DNA from: Octopus vulgaris
Lineage: Eukaryota
DNA length: 64,000 nucleotides
Reading direction: 5' to 3'
NCBI GenBank assembly: GCA_951406725.2
Contig: OX597816.1
Span: forward strand, 93,496,001-93,560,000
The translations under genes and the position numbers were made by a program. Of the stretch, positions 13,784 to 27,039 are shown piece by piece; the first letter of the stretch is position 1; each line of letters begins with the position of its first letter. Below the pieces are notes generated by a model, which saw only the letters and a list, made by a program, of their open reading frames with translations, ran no database searches and was not told the origin of the DNA.

Positions 13784-14947
13784 TTATTCAAAGTATGAGC
13801 CATGGTCATTTATGACATTTACCCAACGTTTTTCTATGTCATATATTCCATCTTTGAAAAAAATAAATTCATCTTTTGCTGTGATAAACTGTCCGAATGC
13901 TTCATTTACCTCTTCTTTATTTAAGAATGTTTTATTGCGTATGAGAAGCTCAAAATGCTTAAATAAGTGATGATCAGTAGGAGAGATATCAGGGGAATAG
14001 GGAGGATGTTGCAAAATCTCATAATTCGGGCTTTGCATCTTTGGGATCATAGCTTGAGGAGTGTGGGGATGTGCATTGTCGTGGAGCAAAATTGGGCCAT
14101 CTCTATTCACTAGTCTGGGTTGCTTCTTTTCCAGATTCTTATGCATACAATAAATTTCCTGGAAATACGATGTTGCTGTTACCGTTTTTCCTTGTTGCAA
14201 AAATGAATAATGAATAACTCGCTTCGTAGACTCCCATACAGTGACCACTAACTTTTTAGGGTACAATAGTGGGTTTGGGTAGTGTTTAGGTGACTTTCCT
14301 GTATCTAATCGCTGTCCTGTTCTCCTACTGTTGTCAAAGAGTATCCATTTCTCATCACAAGTAATGGTTTGATGCAAAAGCGGTCTTTTTCCAGTTGAGA
14401 AAGCAATAAAGAGCACACTTCAAGGCGTCTGTTTTTTTCTTTTTTTTAATCTCGTTCAGTTGATGTGGAACAAGCCTATCTGTTTTCTTCACTTTTCCAA
14501 TTTTTTGCAGGTGTCCAAAAACAGTTGTGCGAGATGTTTGGAGTTCTGATGAAAGTTTTCGAACCTTTGTTCTCGTATTTTGTTCAACCAAAGCATTTAA
14601 TCCATCATGCTGAATAACTGATTTTGGCCTACCCCTTGGTTTATTTTCAAGGCTATCATCTCCTGAACGAGAGTTTTCGAATGTGTCAACAAAAGCATTC
14701 CCAAAGACCCGCTTGATATTCCATAGAGCTTCTGCGGCAGAGTGACCTAGTTTGTACTCATAAGAGAAAATCACTCGACATAGTTTGGCTGTTATCATTT
14801 TCATAAAGTCTGTGGATATGAATTTTGTATACCAATATCGTTGGGAAAGAAAAAGAGTCAAGATTAGATGCAAGATATACATCATTGAGTTTTTAAATGA
14901 CTGAAATAACAAGTAATTAAAAATGCGACATTTCATGCGAAACAACC

Positions 14948-14951
<4 letters not shown>
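13784..14951 (-). mobile_element. mariner (DD34D) transposon, near full-length, frameshifted transposase
   Basis: ORFs 14355-14945 and 13784-14416 contain LENKPRGRP, LVPHQL (WVPHEL-like), ITCDEKW, LLHDNAHPH and HPPYSPDISPTDHHLF. The right end reads TTAGGTTG on the minus strand next to (TA)n. No left TIR seen. Confidence 0.92.
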
Positions 14952-15016
<65 letters not shown>

Positions 15017-15278
15017 ATATATATATATCGTTGCTATTATGCCAAAGTATCGTAAGTCAAAAACGTTGCTTTTACAGAAAACGAAAGAATAGTTTTACCA
15101 TTCCGTAGCAAAATCGTTGTTCCACACTATGAGAATTTTCATATCTTGGCATTTAAAGCAGCTGGAGATACGATAAGCAAAATTAAATATCGAAAAAAAC
15201 AACGCATTTGGTCAAATTTGGACATACAACAGTTTAACATAATAACAATGATAATATATATATATATAATATAATATC

Positions 15279-15572
15279 TGGAGGCACATGGCCTAGTAGT
15301 TAGAGCAGTGAACTCGTGGTCGAGGGATCCTGGGTTCGAATCTCAGACCGGGCGATGCGAAACACCTAAACTCCACGGGGCTCCGGCAGAAGCTAATGGC
15401 GAACTTCTTACTGACTCTTCCGCCACAACTTTCTCTCACTCTTTCCTCCTGCATCTAGCAGCTCACCTGCGACAGGCTGGCGTCCCGTCCAGGTGGGGAA
15501 CCTATACGCCAATGAAACTGGGTAACAGGCCCTTATGAACTAGACATGGCTCAAGAAGGAACAGCAACAACA
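15279..15572 (+). mobile_element. SINE family C variant
   Basis: GGAGGCACATGGCCTAGTAGTTAGAGC...GGTTCGAATCTC tRNA-like head, body shared with 41964, (ACA)n-like tail. Confidence 0.7.
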
Positions 15573-15581
15573 ATATATAAC

Positions 15582-15690
<109 letters not shown>

Positions 15691-15744
15691 TGTATGTACA
15701 TATGTGTTTATATGTATGTATGTGTGTGTGTGCGTGCGCGCGCG

Positions 15745-15952
15745 CGTGTATGTTCTTCACTGCTGCTTGACAACTGCCGTTGGTATGTTTACGCCCCCAT
15801 AATTTAGCGGCTCCGCCAAAGAGACCCTTATAACAAGTACCATGCTTAAACAATAAGTACTGGGGTCAATTCGTTCAGTTTAACTCTTCAAGTCGGTGCC
15901 CCAGCATGGCCACGATCCAATGACTGAAAGAAGTAAAAGATAAAAGATAAAA
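15745..15952 (+). mobile_element. SINE family B 3' half
   Basis: GCTTGACAACTG...GGTGCCCCAGCATGGCCAC...AATGACTGAAAGAAGTAAAAGATAAAAG. Confidence 0.65.
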
Positions 15953-16529
15953 GTGTAGTATTAGAATGGCTAGAGAATGAATTCCTGAGAGAAAAATCTA
16001 TGGGAAGGAGATGGGGGGGGGAGGAATATTAGTGCTAGACCGTGACGGAGGATGTGATACAAAACAAACATAGAGGAAATAGGGTTGCGCTTTGATAGTC
16101 CAGACAAATAGAATCATTGCAATAGTGATATAGGTGGCAAAGAAATGGACCAGTGCATTGTAAGTTAGTGGCTGAAATGTGTTATATGCATACATACATA
16201 CATACGCATGTATAGCCACTCACATATCTTAACGTATACGTATATGCATACGTATAAATATGTATGTGTGTGTAAGTGTGTGAGTATGTGTGTGTGTGTG
16301 TGTCTGTGCATGTGTTTGTTTACATATCCTTACCCGAAGATTGAAATCTACGAAACTGTGGCACAACGTATGCTTTTGACGTTAGGACCATCGAAGGCTA
16401 ATCAGAAGATATTCCAATCAAAAAAGAATGCCATGAGTTTAAATTTGCTTATTTCTGTAATTCTTTCGTTGTTTTGAGTTAAAAACTTGATCGTGCCGGC
16501 TCACTGCTTCAAACATCACATCACATAAT

Positions 16530-16586
<57 letters not shown>

Positions 16587-16744
16587 AAGATGTTTATGAT
16601 GAGGACGACGATGAGGATAAGGAGGATTGGGAAGAAGGAGGGTGAAAAGGAAGACAAGAAAGAAGAAGAGGGGTAGAAGAAGGAAGAAGAGGACGACGAT
16701 AATATAATAATAATGATGGTGATGGTTTTTTTGTTTTTCCATCT

Positions 16745-16875
16745 GCTTACAAGGACGCTGCCATGAGCAAAACACAAGTTTCTGAGTAGTTTCCACACTT
16801 TAGGAATGGTCACTTGTCGCTTGAAGACCAATCTCGTTCAGGACGATCGTCGACCTCCTAAACGAATGAAAACTC
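16745..16875 (+). mobile_element. mariner fragment related to 19451-20332
   Basis: ACAAGGACGCTGCCATGAGCAAAACAC...GCTTGAAGACCAAT...GATCGTCGACCTCC matches the reverse complement of ~19935-20056. Confidence 0.7.
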
Positions 16876-17199
16876 AACTGGCACTCATTTTATCGACCTC
16901 GAAAGGATGAAAGGCAAGGTGCCTCACACATTGAGAAGAGCATTGTCGCTGTGAATTTTCTTTCCTTTCCTCGATTTTTCGTTGTTTTTCTTCTTTTTTT
17001 TACTATTTTTTCCTTTTCTCCCTTTTTCTTTCTTTTTTCGTTTTTTTTTCTATCACATATATTGACTTTATAAATGGATAAGCTTGTATGTTTATTTTAA
17101 TGACCTATCAATGTATACAGTGAACTCTTTTGCCCTAGGTGTCAGGAAGACACTCGGCAAGAAATGGAAACAAATCTGAAAGAAGAAAAATAATGAGAA

Positions 17200-17669
17200 T
17201 AATAAGATGGGCTACTGCAAATATTCCGTTCAATACCACAGATTTGCTTTTCGATTGCTTGACCGTAACCAGTTGAGCATGTCCCTTAACATGTCCTGAC
17301 GATATATGCGTCCTTGCTCACGATCCGGAGGAGTGGGGAGCCATATGTTGGGAGAGATTCTTTGGGTTTATGGATGTTTCATCCATCATCCCTAAACAAC
17401 CCTTATCCAGGGACGTTTTGAGCGGGATGTGCAACTAGACCTGTAAAAAAAAAATTCTAACTGGACCCCACCTGCAAGGTCATGCGGTGTTTATCATGAT
17501 ATTGAGGTCACTGTGTCGCGCACATATGGTTGTGATAAATGTACCTCGTGTACCCTTATGATGAGTATATTGGGCTTCGTCACTTTGATGGTGTGTGCTG
17601 CTCCTTCACTCAATAATACCAATAATAATAATAACAACAATAATGATAATGATAATAATAATAATAATG

Positions 17670-17720
<51 letters not shown>
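17200..17720 (+). mobile_element. probable non-LTR retroelement 3' UTR with (AAT)n tail
   Basis: GC-richer ~410-bp block starting after AATAAT and ending directly in ~110 bp of (AAT)n. Family not identified. Confidence 0.35.
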
Positions 17721-17725
<5 letters not shown>

Positions 17726-19450
17726 AATAGATAACAATCTTCTTTACATTCGCCATAATGATTAGTATTCCTTGTATTAGGCCGCAGGGTTTTAATTCAG
17801 ATTTCTCCCTTCAGAGCTATAAAATATGACTGCAAAACTAGTTTATGCTTTCATTAAATATATGATATGATGATCTTAGCAAACACATGGTCGAAATTTA
17901 GGTTAGTGATGTAATGACGAATAAAGTAGGTAAATCATGTCGGAGGTGTTCTCATTTTAGTTGAACTTTCAACAGAAGAGCGTCGTCTGGTGGATTCGTT
18001 TCTCAATGAAGATATATAAATAGGACGAAATCAATTTTCTTGGTGAAAAAAAAAAATGTTAATGTGGAATTGTTTAATGGGTAGTGAAATGTCTCTAAAT
18101 TCAAAGAAGGTGAATGTCTGCAGATGGAAGGTTCTCAGGAAAGAAAAAAAATCGATAGGAATATCATACCTATATATTTCTATATGGTTTTAAATGACAG
18201 GAAGAAGTAGCCAAAATTGAATTTCTCAGTTATTATCTTCTTTTCATGTTATATATTTTAATTGTTATTCATTTTCTCAGCCACTATTTCCTGCATTAAT
18301 AGCAATTTCCTGACATCTTGCTTGTCTTCAGTGATAAAACTGTGGCTAAAAATAAAAATTAAAATTAAACGGACAGAAGAAAATGAAATTATCAATTAAG
18401 TAACAAATTTATTTTCCCCACAGGTAGATGATTTCAGCGCCAGGAATAAATGCCATCTTCTTTGGAATGGTGCTAGCAAATAATAGCATCATTATGTGAT
18501 CTAGAAAAAGTGGACCATTATTAGAGTTCGCGTTTGTTTATATTTTTACTGCGCCCTTTTTTTTTTTTTTTTTTTTTTTTCTTTTCTCAAGAAGTGAGAA
18601 AGGAAAAGGGAGAGTGATAATTAGACAAATATATTTTTATCTTCGTGGAGCTAATTTAGATATTGTAACAAACCATTCCTGAAGGGTTTTCTGTAGACTA
18701 GAATATAAACACGTTTTTCTCATAGTTTTTCTCAATCTCCATAGAATGTGTGCGCGTGTGTATGTTTATGTATGTATATATGTGTATACATACATACATA
18801 CATACATACATACATACATACATACATACATACATACATACATACATACGTATATATATATATACATTCAAACACACACACATAAATATATATAAGTAAA
18901 TTATTTATATCATATCGAGAATATTAACCTTAAACATTTGTGTGTTAATGTATGCAAACTCCGCCTGCAATTGCTTTACACTAAAGAGGGAGGATTGCTT
19001 ATAAAGGGCCTAGTTATTTTATGACACCTAAACATTATTTTACTACAAAAATTTAGAAGTGAGATTTTATTAGTCATTACTGTAGAGGTTAACATTTAAG
19101 AGGGCCACACGCACACACACACACAAACACACACGTACACATACATATATGCACACACACACGGCTTAGTGGTTACGATGTTTGTTTTACGATCATACGG
19201 TCCTGGGTTCGGTACCTGGATAAGGCAGTGCATTGTGTCTTTGTGCAACGTACATCAGTTTTGTTCGCTAGACTTCAAGTCAGTACCTATGTTTTCAGAT
19301 GTTCAATGTATATCTTAAGATTTTAGCAACATGGTGTTTTCTCTAGCGTTATAAAGCTAATTTTACTGATTTAGTGATATCTTCCAAAATCATATCTAGT
19401 GATCCTATTGTAACAGGAATTACCGTTACATCTTCGTAGTTCCAAAGCTA

Positions 19451-20332
19451 CAAGGGAGTGCCCAAAACGCCGCGGAATTTTGCAATATTATTTCATTCAC
19501 TTGGCTTTACATGTTTACTCTTTTATCGCCTTCAAAATATTCTCCATTTGAAGCAATGCATTTGTCCAGGTGCGTTTTCCACTATTCGATGCAGCGCTGG
19601 AATTCTTGCGAAGTGATGCTCTTTAACGCCTCCGTTGTTTTTTCTTCATCCGCAAATTCCGTAGCACCAACTTTCGTCACCAGTGATGACCTTCGAGAAA
19701 AGGTTTGGATCAACTTCCAACTGTTTTTTCAGTTTACGGCACGTATTCAGTCGTGACTGCTTTTGATCTTCCGTGAGCAAGCGAAGCATAAATTTTGTTG
19801 CAACTCTTTTCATTCGCATTTCCTCGCTAAAAATTCGTTGGCAGAAGCTCCAGGAAACACTAGTTATGTCGACAAGTTCGTCAATTATTCAGTGATGGAC
19901 CCCATTAGATCCGTTCATGAATTTTCATGATGTCTTCATTCGTTCGGGAGGTCGACGATCGCCCTGAATGAAATTGGTCTTCAAGCGGCAAGTAACCATT
20001 CCTAAAGCATGAAAACAACTCGTAAACGTGTTATGCTCATGACAGCGTTCCTTGTAAACTGTTTCAGGTATGACAATTGTTTCGGCCGCCGTTTTTCCCA
20101 GCAGAAAACAGAATTTCACGGAAACACGCTGTTCCTTCGTTTCAGTCATCGCAAAAATCGACGAACAGGGTAGAAGCACTGCAAATCAAAGACGCACCAC
20201 GTGGTAGTACGACGCTGGTTGGCAGACTGATGTCTGAGAGTCACAATCAAGCGACTTCTAGCGGCGGAAGCCTGAACTACAATGGGCTTGTCCCATAGAG
20301 AACGTTTTCAGTTACTTTTGGGTACGCCTTCG
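19451..20332 (-). mobile_element. mariner (irritans-like) internal-deletion derivative
   Basis: TA-flanked imperfect TIRs CAAGGGAGTGCCCAAAA / TTTTGGGTACGCCTTCG. ORF has EQRVSVKFCFLLGKTAAET, a mariner N-terminal HTH. Catalytic core is missing. Confidence 0.8.
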
Positions 20333-20594
20333 TATTTCAATTCCTTCTGTAAATCCTGATATTTACCTATCTTCTCATTTACTCTTTGCTTCAATCTTTT
20401 TTTTTCTAAGAAGCAGACATCATCTGTTATTACTTAAGTTTTAGTATATATTTTTCTAGCACAACGATATATGGTCTTGGTTGTTCCAGTTCTTTGTCTC
20501 AATTTTTATTTCTTATAAATTTTTTGCCCGATCATTTTCAGCAGCTTTCGTTGGCTTATGCATCTATTGCAATCGGTGGACTGGAAGAACCGTT

Positions 20595-21024
20595 GGATCT
20601 TTTCGGTTTGAACGGCAGTTTTTTCTAGTGGTGTCATATGAAATTGTCACCCATAATTATGACCCTAGTATCGATCTATTGCATTTCAATCTGTTTAAGG
20701 GTTAGAGTTAGGGTTAGGGGTGGGGGGAATGGTATCTTTTTTTTCTTCACAAATGTAAATAAACCCAATCTGTTTCTTAAACGAGGGACATATTCATACG
20801 GCACATAATGCTTTTTTTTTTTACCTCAATAGACGTCAGTGATTGGTTGAAATTGCAGAAATTGAAGAAAAGAAACAACAAATATCTTACAAACTATAGA
20901 ATTTTCTCAATAAAGCTAAGAGAAAAATATGTTTTATAAACACATTCTACCAGTATAAGAAGTTTAAAATTTTTTAGTAACCTAGAAATTATGTTAAAAA
21001 TTGCCGTTCAAACCGAAAAGATCC
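20595..21024. mobile_element. non-autonomous TIR element (Merlin-like MITE) with 8-bp TSD
   Basis: TIRs GGATCTTTTCGGTTTGAACGGCA (20595-20617) and TGCCGTTCAAACCGAAAAGATCC (21002-21024). Direct repeat GAACCGTT at 20587-20594 and 21025-21032. Confidence 0.85.
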
Positions 21025-21452
21025 GAACCGTTAGAGTATCTGACGAAATTATGCGCGATATTTGTTCCCTTTCAAATCTCGCAACGGCCATCTTTGGCTT
21101 TTATCTTCTCAGTTTCGACTGCTCCTATTCCTCCAAGTTGCTTGGCCTACTGTCTACATTAGAAATGTTTAGTCTCTCTCTCTCTCTCTTAGTGTTTCAA
21201 ATGCTTCTTGATAGTATGTCATGAATCAACTTTGTATTACTTGCGTGCAACAGTTGATCCGTCATTCTCGACGTCTTAAAGATATATCAACAACGGTGTG
21301 GTAGTGGTGGTAGTAGTAGGAGAAATTTGGTAGGGTTTAACGGTGGTAGTCATTTGTTTTGTTTTGTTTTTATTTTTTGTTTATTTATTTTTGGATTATA
21401 TTACCAGTTCATTGTTAGTTTATTTCTCCCCATTTATCAATCTGAGGTTAAT

Positions 21453-21849
21453 CCTTTCTACTATAGGCACAGTGCCTGAAATTTGGGGGGAGGGGCCAGT
21501 CGATTAGATCGACCGCATTACGCAACTGGTATTTAATTTATCGACTCCAAAAAGATGAAAGGCAAAGTTGACCTCGGCGGAATTTGAACTCAGAACGTAG
21601 CGGCAGACGAAATACCTATTTCCTTATTACCCACAAGGGGCTAAACACAGAGGGGACAAACAAGGACAGACAAACGGATTAAGTCGATTACATCGACCCC
21701 AGTGCGTAACTGGTACTTACTTTATCGACCCCGAAAGGATGAAAGGCAAAGTCGTCCTCGGCGGAATTTGAACTCAGAACGCAGCGACGGACGAAATACC
21801 ACAAAGCATTTCGCCCGGCGTGCTAACGTCTCTGCCAACTCGCCGCCTG
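21453..21849 (-). mobile_element. SINE family A, two-unit form
   Basis: Head, core and tail 1, then a headless core and tail 2. Flanked by CAATCTGAGGTTAAT / CAGTCTGAAGTTAAT, a 15-bp TSD with 2 mismatches. Confidence 0.85.
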
Positions 21850-22454
21850 CAGTCTGAAGTTAATGTTCATGAATGATTACTGTATCGTACCGACTGACTC
21901 TTGACGATGACGTCATTCTAACTCCAATGGGTTCGTCACAGTAATCGCTTTCATTAACATGACGTAGAGCATAAAAGGTAATTAAACACATGCACCAGAA
22001 TCAGAAGAAACTAATATATATTTAGCAAATAGGGCATGTGTTGTGGGAAGGAGCGAACCAAACTATCGTTATTGTTGTTGTTCTTGTTTCATCTCCGCTA
22101 AATTCGAAGCGATTGAGGACCGAGCTGCCAAAGCTTCAAGCTGATCGCGCAACTTTTCGAGAATACGAGCTGTTTTTTTTCTTTTTTTCCTTTTTTTTTT
22201 GTGGGCATGTTACTTGCTTTTGTAATATTCTTATTTTTAATGGTAAGAATGCTATTGAATATCATATTAAATTATCAACTAAATAACTGTGGACCAACAA
22301 CAGGTGATTTTTATATGATTCTTACATAGGTTTTTATAAAAATACTAACAAAATCTTCATTTCGAACTTCTGTTTATCCTAACCTCATACTTTTTGAAAA
22401 CTGGCGGATCGGTACACAAAATGCTTATCAGTAGTTTTTTCTTTTCTTTTTTTT

Positions 22455-22856
22455 TTTACTCGTTTCAGTCATTTGACTGTGGCTATGCTGGAGTACCGCC
22501 TTTAGTCGAACAAATCGACCCCAGGACTTATTCTTTGTTAGCCTTGTACTTATTCTATCGGTCTCTATTACCGAACCGCTAGGTTACGGGGACGTAAACA
22601 GACCAGCATCGGTTGTCAAGCGATGCTGGGTGGGTGGGGGGACAAACACAGACACACAAACATATACACACACATACATACATACATATATACGACGGGC
22701 TTCTTTCAGTTTCCGTCTACCAAATCCACTCACAAGGCTTTGGTCGGCCCGAAGCTATAGTAGAAGACACTTGCCCAAGTTACTACGCAGTGGGACTGAA
22801 CCCAGAACCATGTGGTTAGTAAGCAAGCTACTTACCACACAGCCACTCCTACGCCT
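22455..22856 (-). mobile_element. SINE family B, full length
   Basis: Reverse complement of the 2239/45298 family along its full length. Confidence 0.88.
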
Positions 22857-22924
22857 ATAGTTGTTCAAGTTTTTTTTAATTCTGCGTGATCTGGTGTGAC
22901 GAACTTTGTATTTTGCTCATAATA

Positions 22925-23282
22925 ATACTTTCTATAATAGGCAAAAGGCTTGAAATTTGGGGGAGGGGAATAGTCGATTAAATCGACTCCAGTGTTCAAC
23001 TGGAACTTATTTTATCGATCTCAAAACGATAAAAAGGCAAAGTCGACACCAGTGGAATTTGAACTCAGAACGTGAAGACGAACGAAATACTGCTTAGCAT
23101 TTCGCTCGACGAGCTAACGATTCTACCAGTTCGCCACCTTCATATCTAGCTCATAATAATCCTTTCTACTAAAGGTATACAAGGCCAGGAATTTTGGAGG
23201 AGAGGACTAGTTGATTACATCGACCGTAGTATTCAACTGGAACTTATTTTATCGATCCCGAAAGGATGAAAGGTAAAGTCGG
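22925..23282 (-). mobile_element. SINE family A, tail-2 copies (one near full, one partial)
   Basis: Two adjacent copies, each with a TTTCTA tail and GATTA(A/C)ATCGAC / TTTATCGAT core. Confidence 0.7.
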
Positions 23283-23746
23283 TGCATTGGTCAAAATTCT
23301 CAGTGAGGTCCAATGTTGTTGTTGACTGATAATTCCAGTCCGTCCATATGGTATAACATTTTGTCTAATGCCACAATTCCACAAATTCACAGCCCTTGTC
23401 TCAGATTACTATATCTACACCGGAAGCATAGAGGTAAAGTTGTTACTTGGCGAGATTTGAACCTAGTACATGACAACCAGAACAAATACTACAGTACATT
23501 TTGTTCCACGCTCTAACGATTCTGATTATTCGCCGTCTCGATGATGTTTGTTAGTTACCTATAAAGTCATTATTTATAATAGTCTATGTTTTGTTTTTGA
23601 TCTAATAGCCGAACCTTTGTCGTTCGTATTTGTCTTGTACAAAGTGTTCAGCCATGGTTACATGGTTAAGAAGCTCGCTTTGCAAACATGTGGTTTCAAG
23701 TTCAGTCCCACTGCGCAGCACATTGGACAAGGTATTTGTTAAGCTT

Positions 23747-24130
23747 GGTGATATTAAAAGAGTAAATAAAAATTAAGGGGGAGATAACTAGTAAAGGGCC
23801 ATACATCAGTCAGCTTACTGTTAAAAAATAAATACTGTAGTAAGGAAACATGGTGAATTACAATTTTCGCACATGTATAAATTCATGATTAGTCGATACC
23901 GTGCCAACCACTGAAGAATCTTGTCTCGAGATTCGGCTAATTGGGTGATACTCCAAGATTGATTCACGGTTGAAGATTTCAATTTCAGGAACAACGAATT
24001 GCGGTCTCGCTGGTCTTCCACGTGCCATTCTGATCAATTCCAAAGTAAATAATATCCAATATTTATGACTTACGTATATCCCTTTACTAGTTATCTCCCC
24101 CTTAATTTTTATTTACTTTTTAATATCACT
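23747..24130 (-). mobile_element. TIR element with truncated Merlin-like transposase N-terminus
   Basis: ~52-bp TIRs GGTGATATTAAAAGAGTAAATAAAAATTAAGGGGGAGATAACTAGTAAAGGG and its reverse complement at 24080-24130. Internal ORF ILQWLARYRLIMNLYMCENCNSPC contains CxxC. No clean TSD. Confidence 0.6.
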
Positions 24131-24189
24131 AAACTGAACAATTACCTATACACACACACACATACACATGTATGTATGTATGTATGTTA

Positions 24190-24741
24190 TGTCAGGTCAG
24201 GTCACTTTCGAGTGCTACTGGTAACATGTAACCCAGTACAACCTGTTGCATGGTCGGGTCGTCGGCGAATAAACCGGCAACCCCACCAAGCTTGCTTGGT
24301 GAGGAGAGTGTTTATTGGACACACTGCGGGATGAAAAACAAAACCCGTCAAAGGGTGGAGGAACTCTTGAGAGTCAACGGTCATCCAATAAATGTCTTAA
24401 GGCTGTATCATGCGCGGGGACATAGAAATAATCGGACTGAATACCCGATCGCGCGGTTAAACCATTAGGAGTGAAGGACTCCTAGCCTTTGTTAGGGCAT
24501 CCTTCTAGGAGAAGGTAACTAAGGTAACTGGGATAACTCCGACATAAAACCTGCGGCTCAGTGGTTACCGATGGATGTTGACTTTTCGGATTATGGCTGC
24601 TGTTGCTTAGTGAGTGGGATCGACTCAGCGCACAGCCTTTCCTTACTTAAAAAAAATCTTCTTGCACAGGCATTGCACGATAATAACATTGATTAAGCTT
24701 CATGCAATGGCCATACTCGATAACGAGGGGGCAGCCACCAT
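24190..24741 (+). mobile_element. RTE-related non-autonomous retroposon
   Basis: Contains GGGCATCCTTCTAGGAGAAGGTAACT, resembling an RTE 5'-UTR motif. Its 3' end GCAATGGCCATACTCGATAACGAGGGGGCAGCCA is identical at ~44877-44910. Inserted in (TATG)n. Confidence 0.55.
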
Positions 24742-25299
24742 GTATGTATGTATGTATGTATGTATGTATATGACGGTGTTGTTATGTTAAAGATGAAAAT
24801 GATGATGTTGGTGCTGACTCCAAGAAAGAAAGACAATGGCTGAAGTTATAGATAACCAAATTTTATTTACCGTTGCATAATATGTATAGCCAAACCACGA
24901 CGGGCAGACGTGTATAAAGACAATCGAGAGTTATTTTTTTCTTGAATGAAAATTGCTGTTTTCGTGTTTGCAAACTACTAGATGCTAAAATAGGGGTCAG
25001 AAGAAGAGAGAGTGGATGTAAGTTTAGGAAGTCGATAGTACGAGACTTTCAAGTTCCTGTCATTTAAGTAGCAGTGGAAAGAGAGATAGAATGGATGAAT
25101 GTGACTGGAAGTTCATAAAGTTGATAGGGTAAAACTTACATGTACCCTGTCGTTCTCGGCAGTAGTTGATAGACAAGACAACTGTATCGCTAGTTTGATT
25201 CCGTAGCTGTCCTTCTATGATGTTACTTCAGTCGAGACGGCGTTTGATTCGGACCGGTCGGCCTACTCCCTGTCGTTCGCTTTCACACACCAGCGCATA

Positions 25300-26090
25300 T
25301 ATAATTAAATGATAAATTTCTGGAAGGTTTACAGATTTTTACAATTCCAGTGATGGCTTGGATCTGTAGTCTTCGAATAAGCTTTCTCCTTTCTTGTTTG
25401 AGAACCCTAATTTCTCAAGTTAGGTACTTAGGCAAAGTGTTACATATCTCAGTCCCCCAATAATTACAGGTATAAAACTGAACTTATAATCTGGGTAGAG
25501 TAACTATGGATGTCTCAATAGTTCAGCATAGGTTCTTTTTTGTAATTTATTTATTTATTCATTTATTATTTTTTTTTCTGATCTTTAGCTTTATGCTAAC
25601 ATCCGCTGGGCAGCTGATTTTCACAGTTGTACACAGTTTCTTTTCTCTATCCCAAATCACTTTGTGAGGTTTATTATGTTTACATTCTATTGAAGTTTTC
25701 ATTGGGACATTCCATCAGTACTCTTTCTTGTCATGTGTAACTGTGGCCTCCACCATACTTTGGGTTCTTATTCCTTTGGCTCCAGGATTATCGTTCCGGC
25801 GGATCTCATTATACAGTATCTTCATATCTCATCGATAGACAATGTCATAATGATATTTTTGGACAACCTTTTATGATGTGCGTGATATATTCGGTGTTGA
25901 CTCCACAAAATCTGTATCGGTTATCAGATTTGATACTTTATCTGTGTCTCTGTCCATTTTGTGCATCAGGCATTTGGTTGATATTTCCTCTTCCTGGATT
26001 GCTTACGCATACCCTTAAAGGTGGGAGTTAGTAATGCGGTTGTTGGTCCATGATAGACTGCTTCGATGATCAACGTTACCATCCTATCAT
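25300..26090 (-). pseudogene. RLE-type (R4/NeSL-like) LINE 3' fragment
   Basis: Minus-strand pieces AIQEEEIST, FCGVNTEYITHIIKGCPK (CCHC-like), KPHKVIWDRE, ISCPAD and YKFSFIPVIIG give a zinc knuckle plus a restriction-like endonuclease. Many stops. Confidence 0.7.
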
Positions 26091-26133
26091 CTCAGAGTTT
26101 TTTGCTACCGTATCCACTCATGGTGTTCTGCTG

Positions 26134-26164
<31 letters not shown>

Positions 26165-27039
26165 TGTATGTATGTATGTATGTATGTATGTATGTATGTA
26201 TGTATGTATGTATGTATGTATGTATGTATGTACATATGTCTCTTCAGTGTATAAACATTTAATTCTTCTAACAAAGATATAAAACTCCATCATTGGAATG
26301 TTGATAACGAAAACAACGTCACATTTTAAACCTAAGAAAAGTCTTACTTAATTTTACTATCCCACCTACAGATTGTACTTGTAATATGCGAATCAGTTAG
26401 CTGATTTCTTTTTCTGAAAATCCAAGCTTATTCAGACTGACGTATATATATTTTAAGAGTATAGCCTAGTCAAGGCTCTATTTCATGCCATTTATATTTT
26501 CAGCATATATCTTCATGTCACCCATAAAATAGCTATGCATTTGAGTAGATTTTCTGTTTTGCAGTGAGCCAATTAACAACATTAATTTTTTTTTTCAACC
26601 AAAACGATAAATAAAAGCTTTACTGAAATTATAAATAACCTCAAAGAGGCTGGCTCCTTGAAATACCTTCGAGACATTGTATTTTCTCTTGCAAGCTGTT
26701 TATACAGTATAGCAAAAATCCCCAGCCACCTGGCTGTGAACAATTTGATACCAGGCTACACAAAAGGAATAAATTTTTAATTTTATTTCCATTTTATCGT
26801 AATCTGCAGAGTGTTTTTTTTTCTTTTTGCATTATATGTGTACTATATATGTAATGTATATGTATTATATATGTCATAATTAAATGATATTTTATGCACT
26901 TTACTGCATGTTATTATGTGCGTAATCCCTCCAACTGTGGAAAGATTGTCTTGCATGAAACCGGTCTATGGTGCAAAAATAAAAACAAAAAAAAATAATG
27001 ATAATAACTCGCTACTACACTCTCTTGATCACACCGTAC

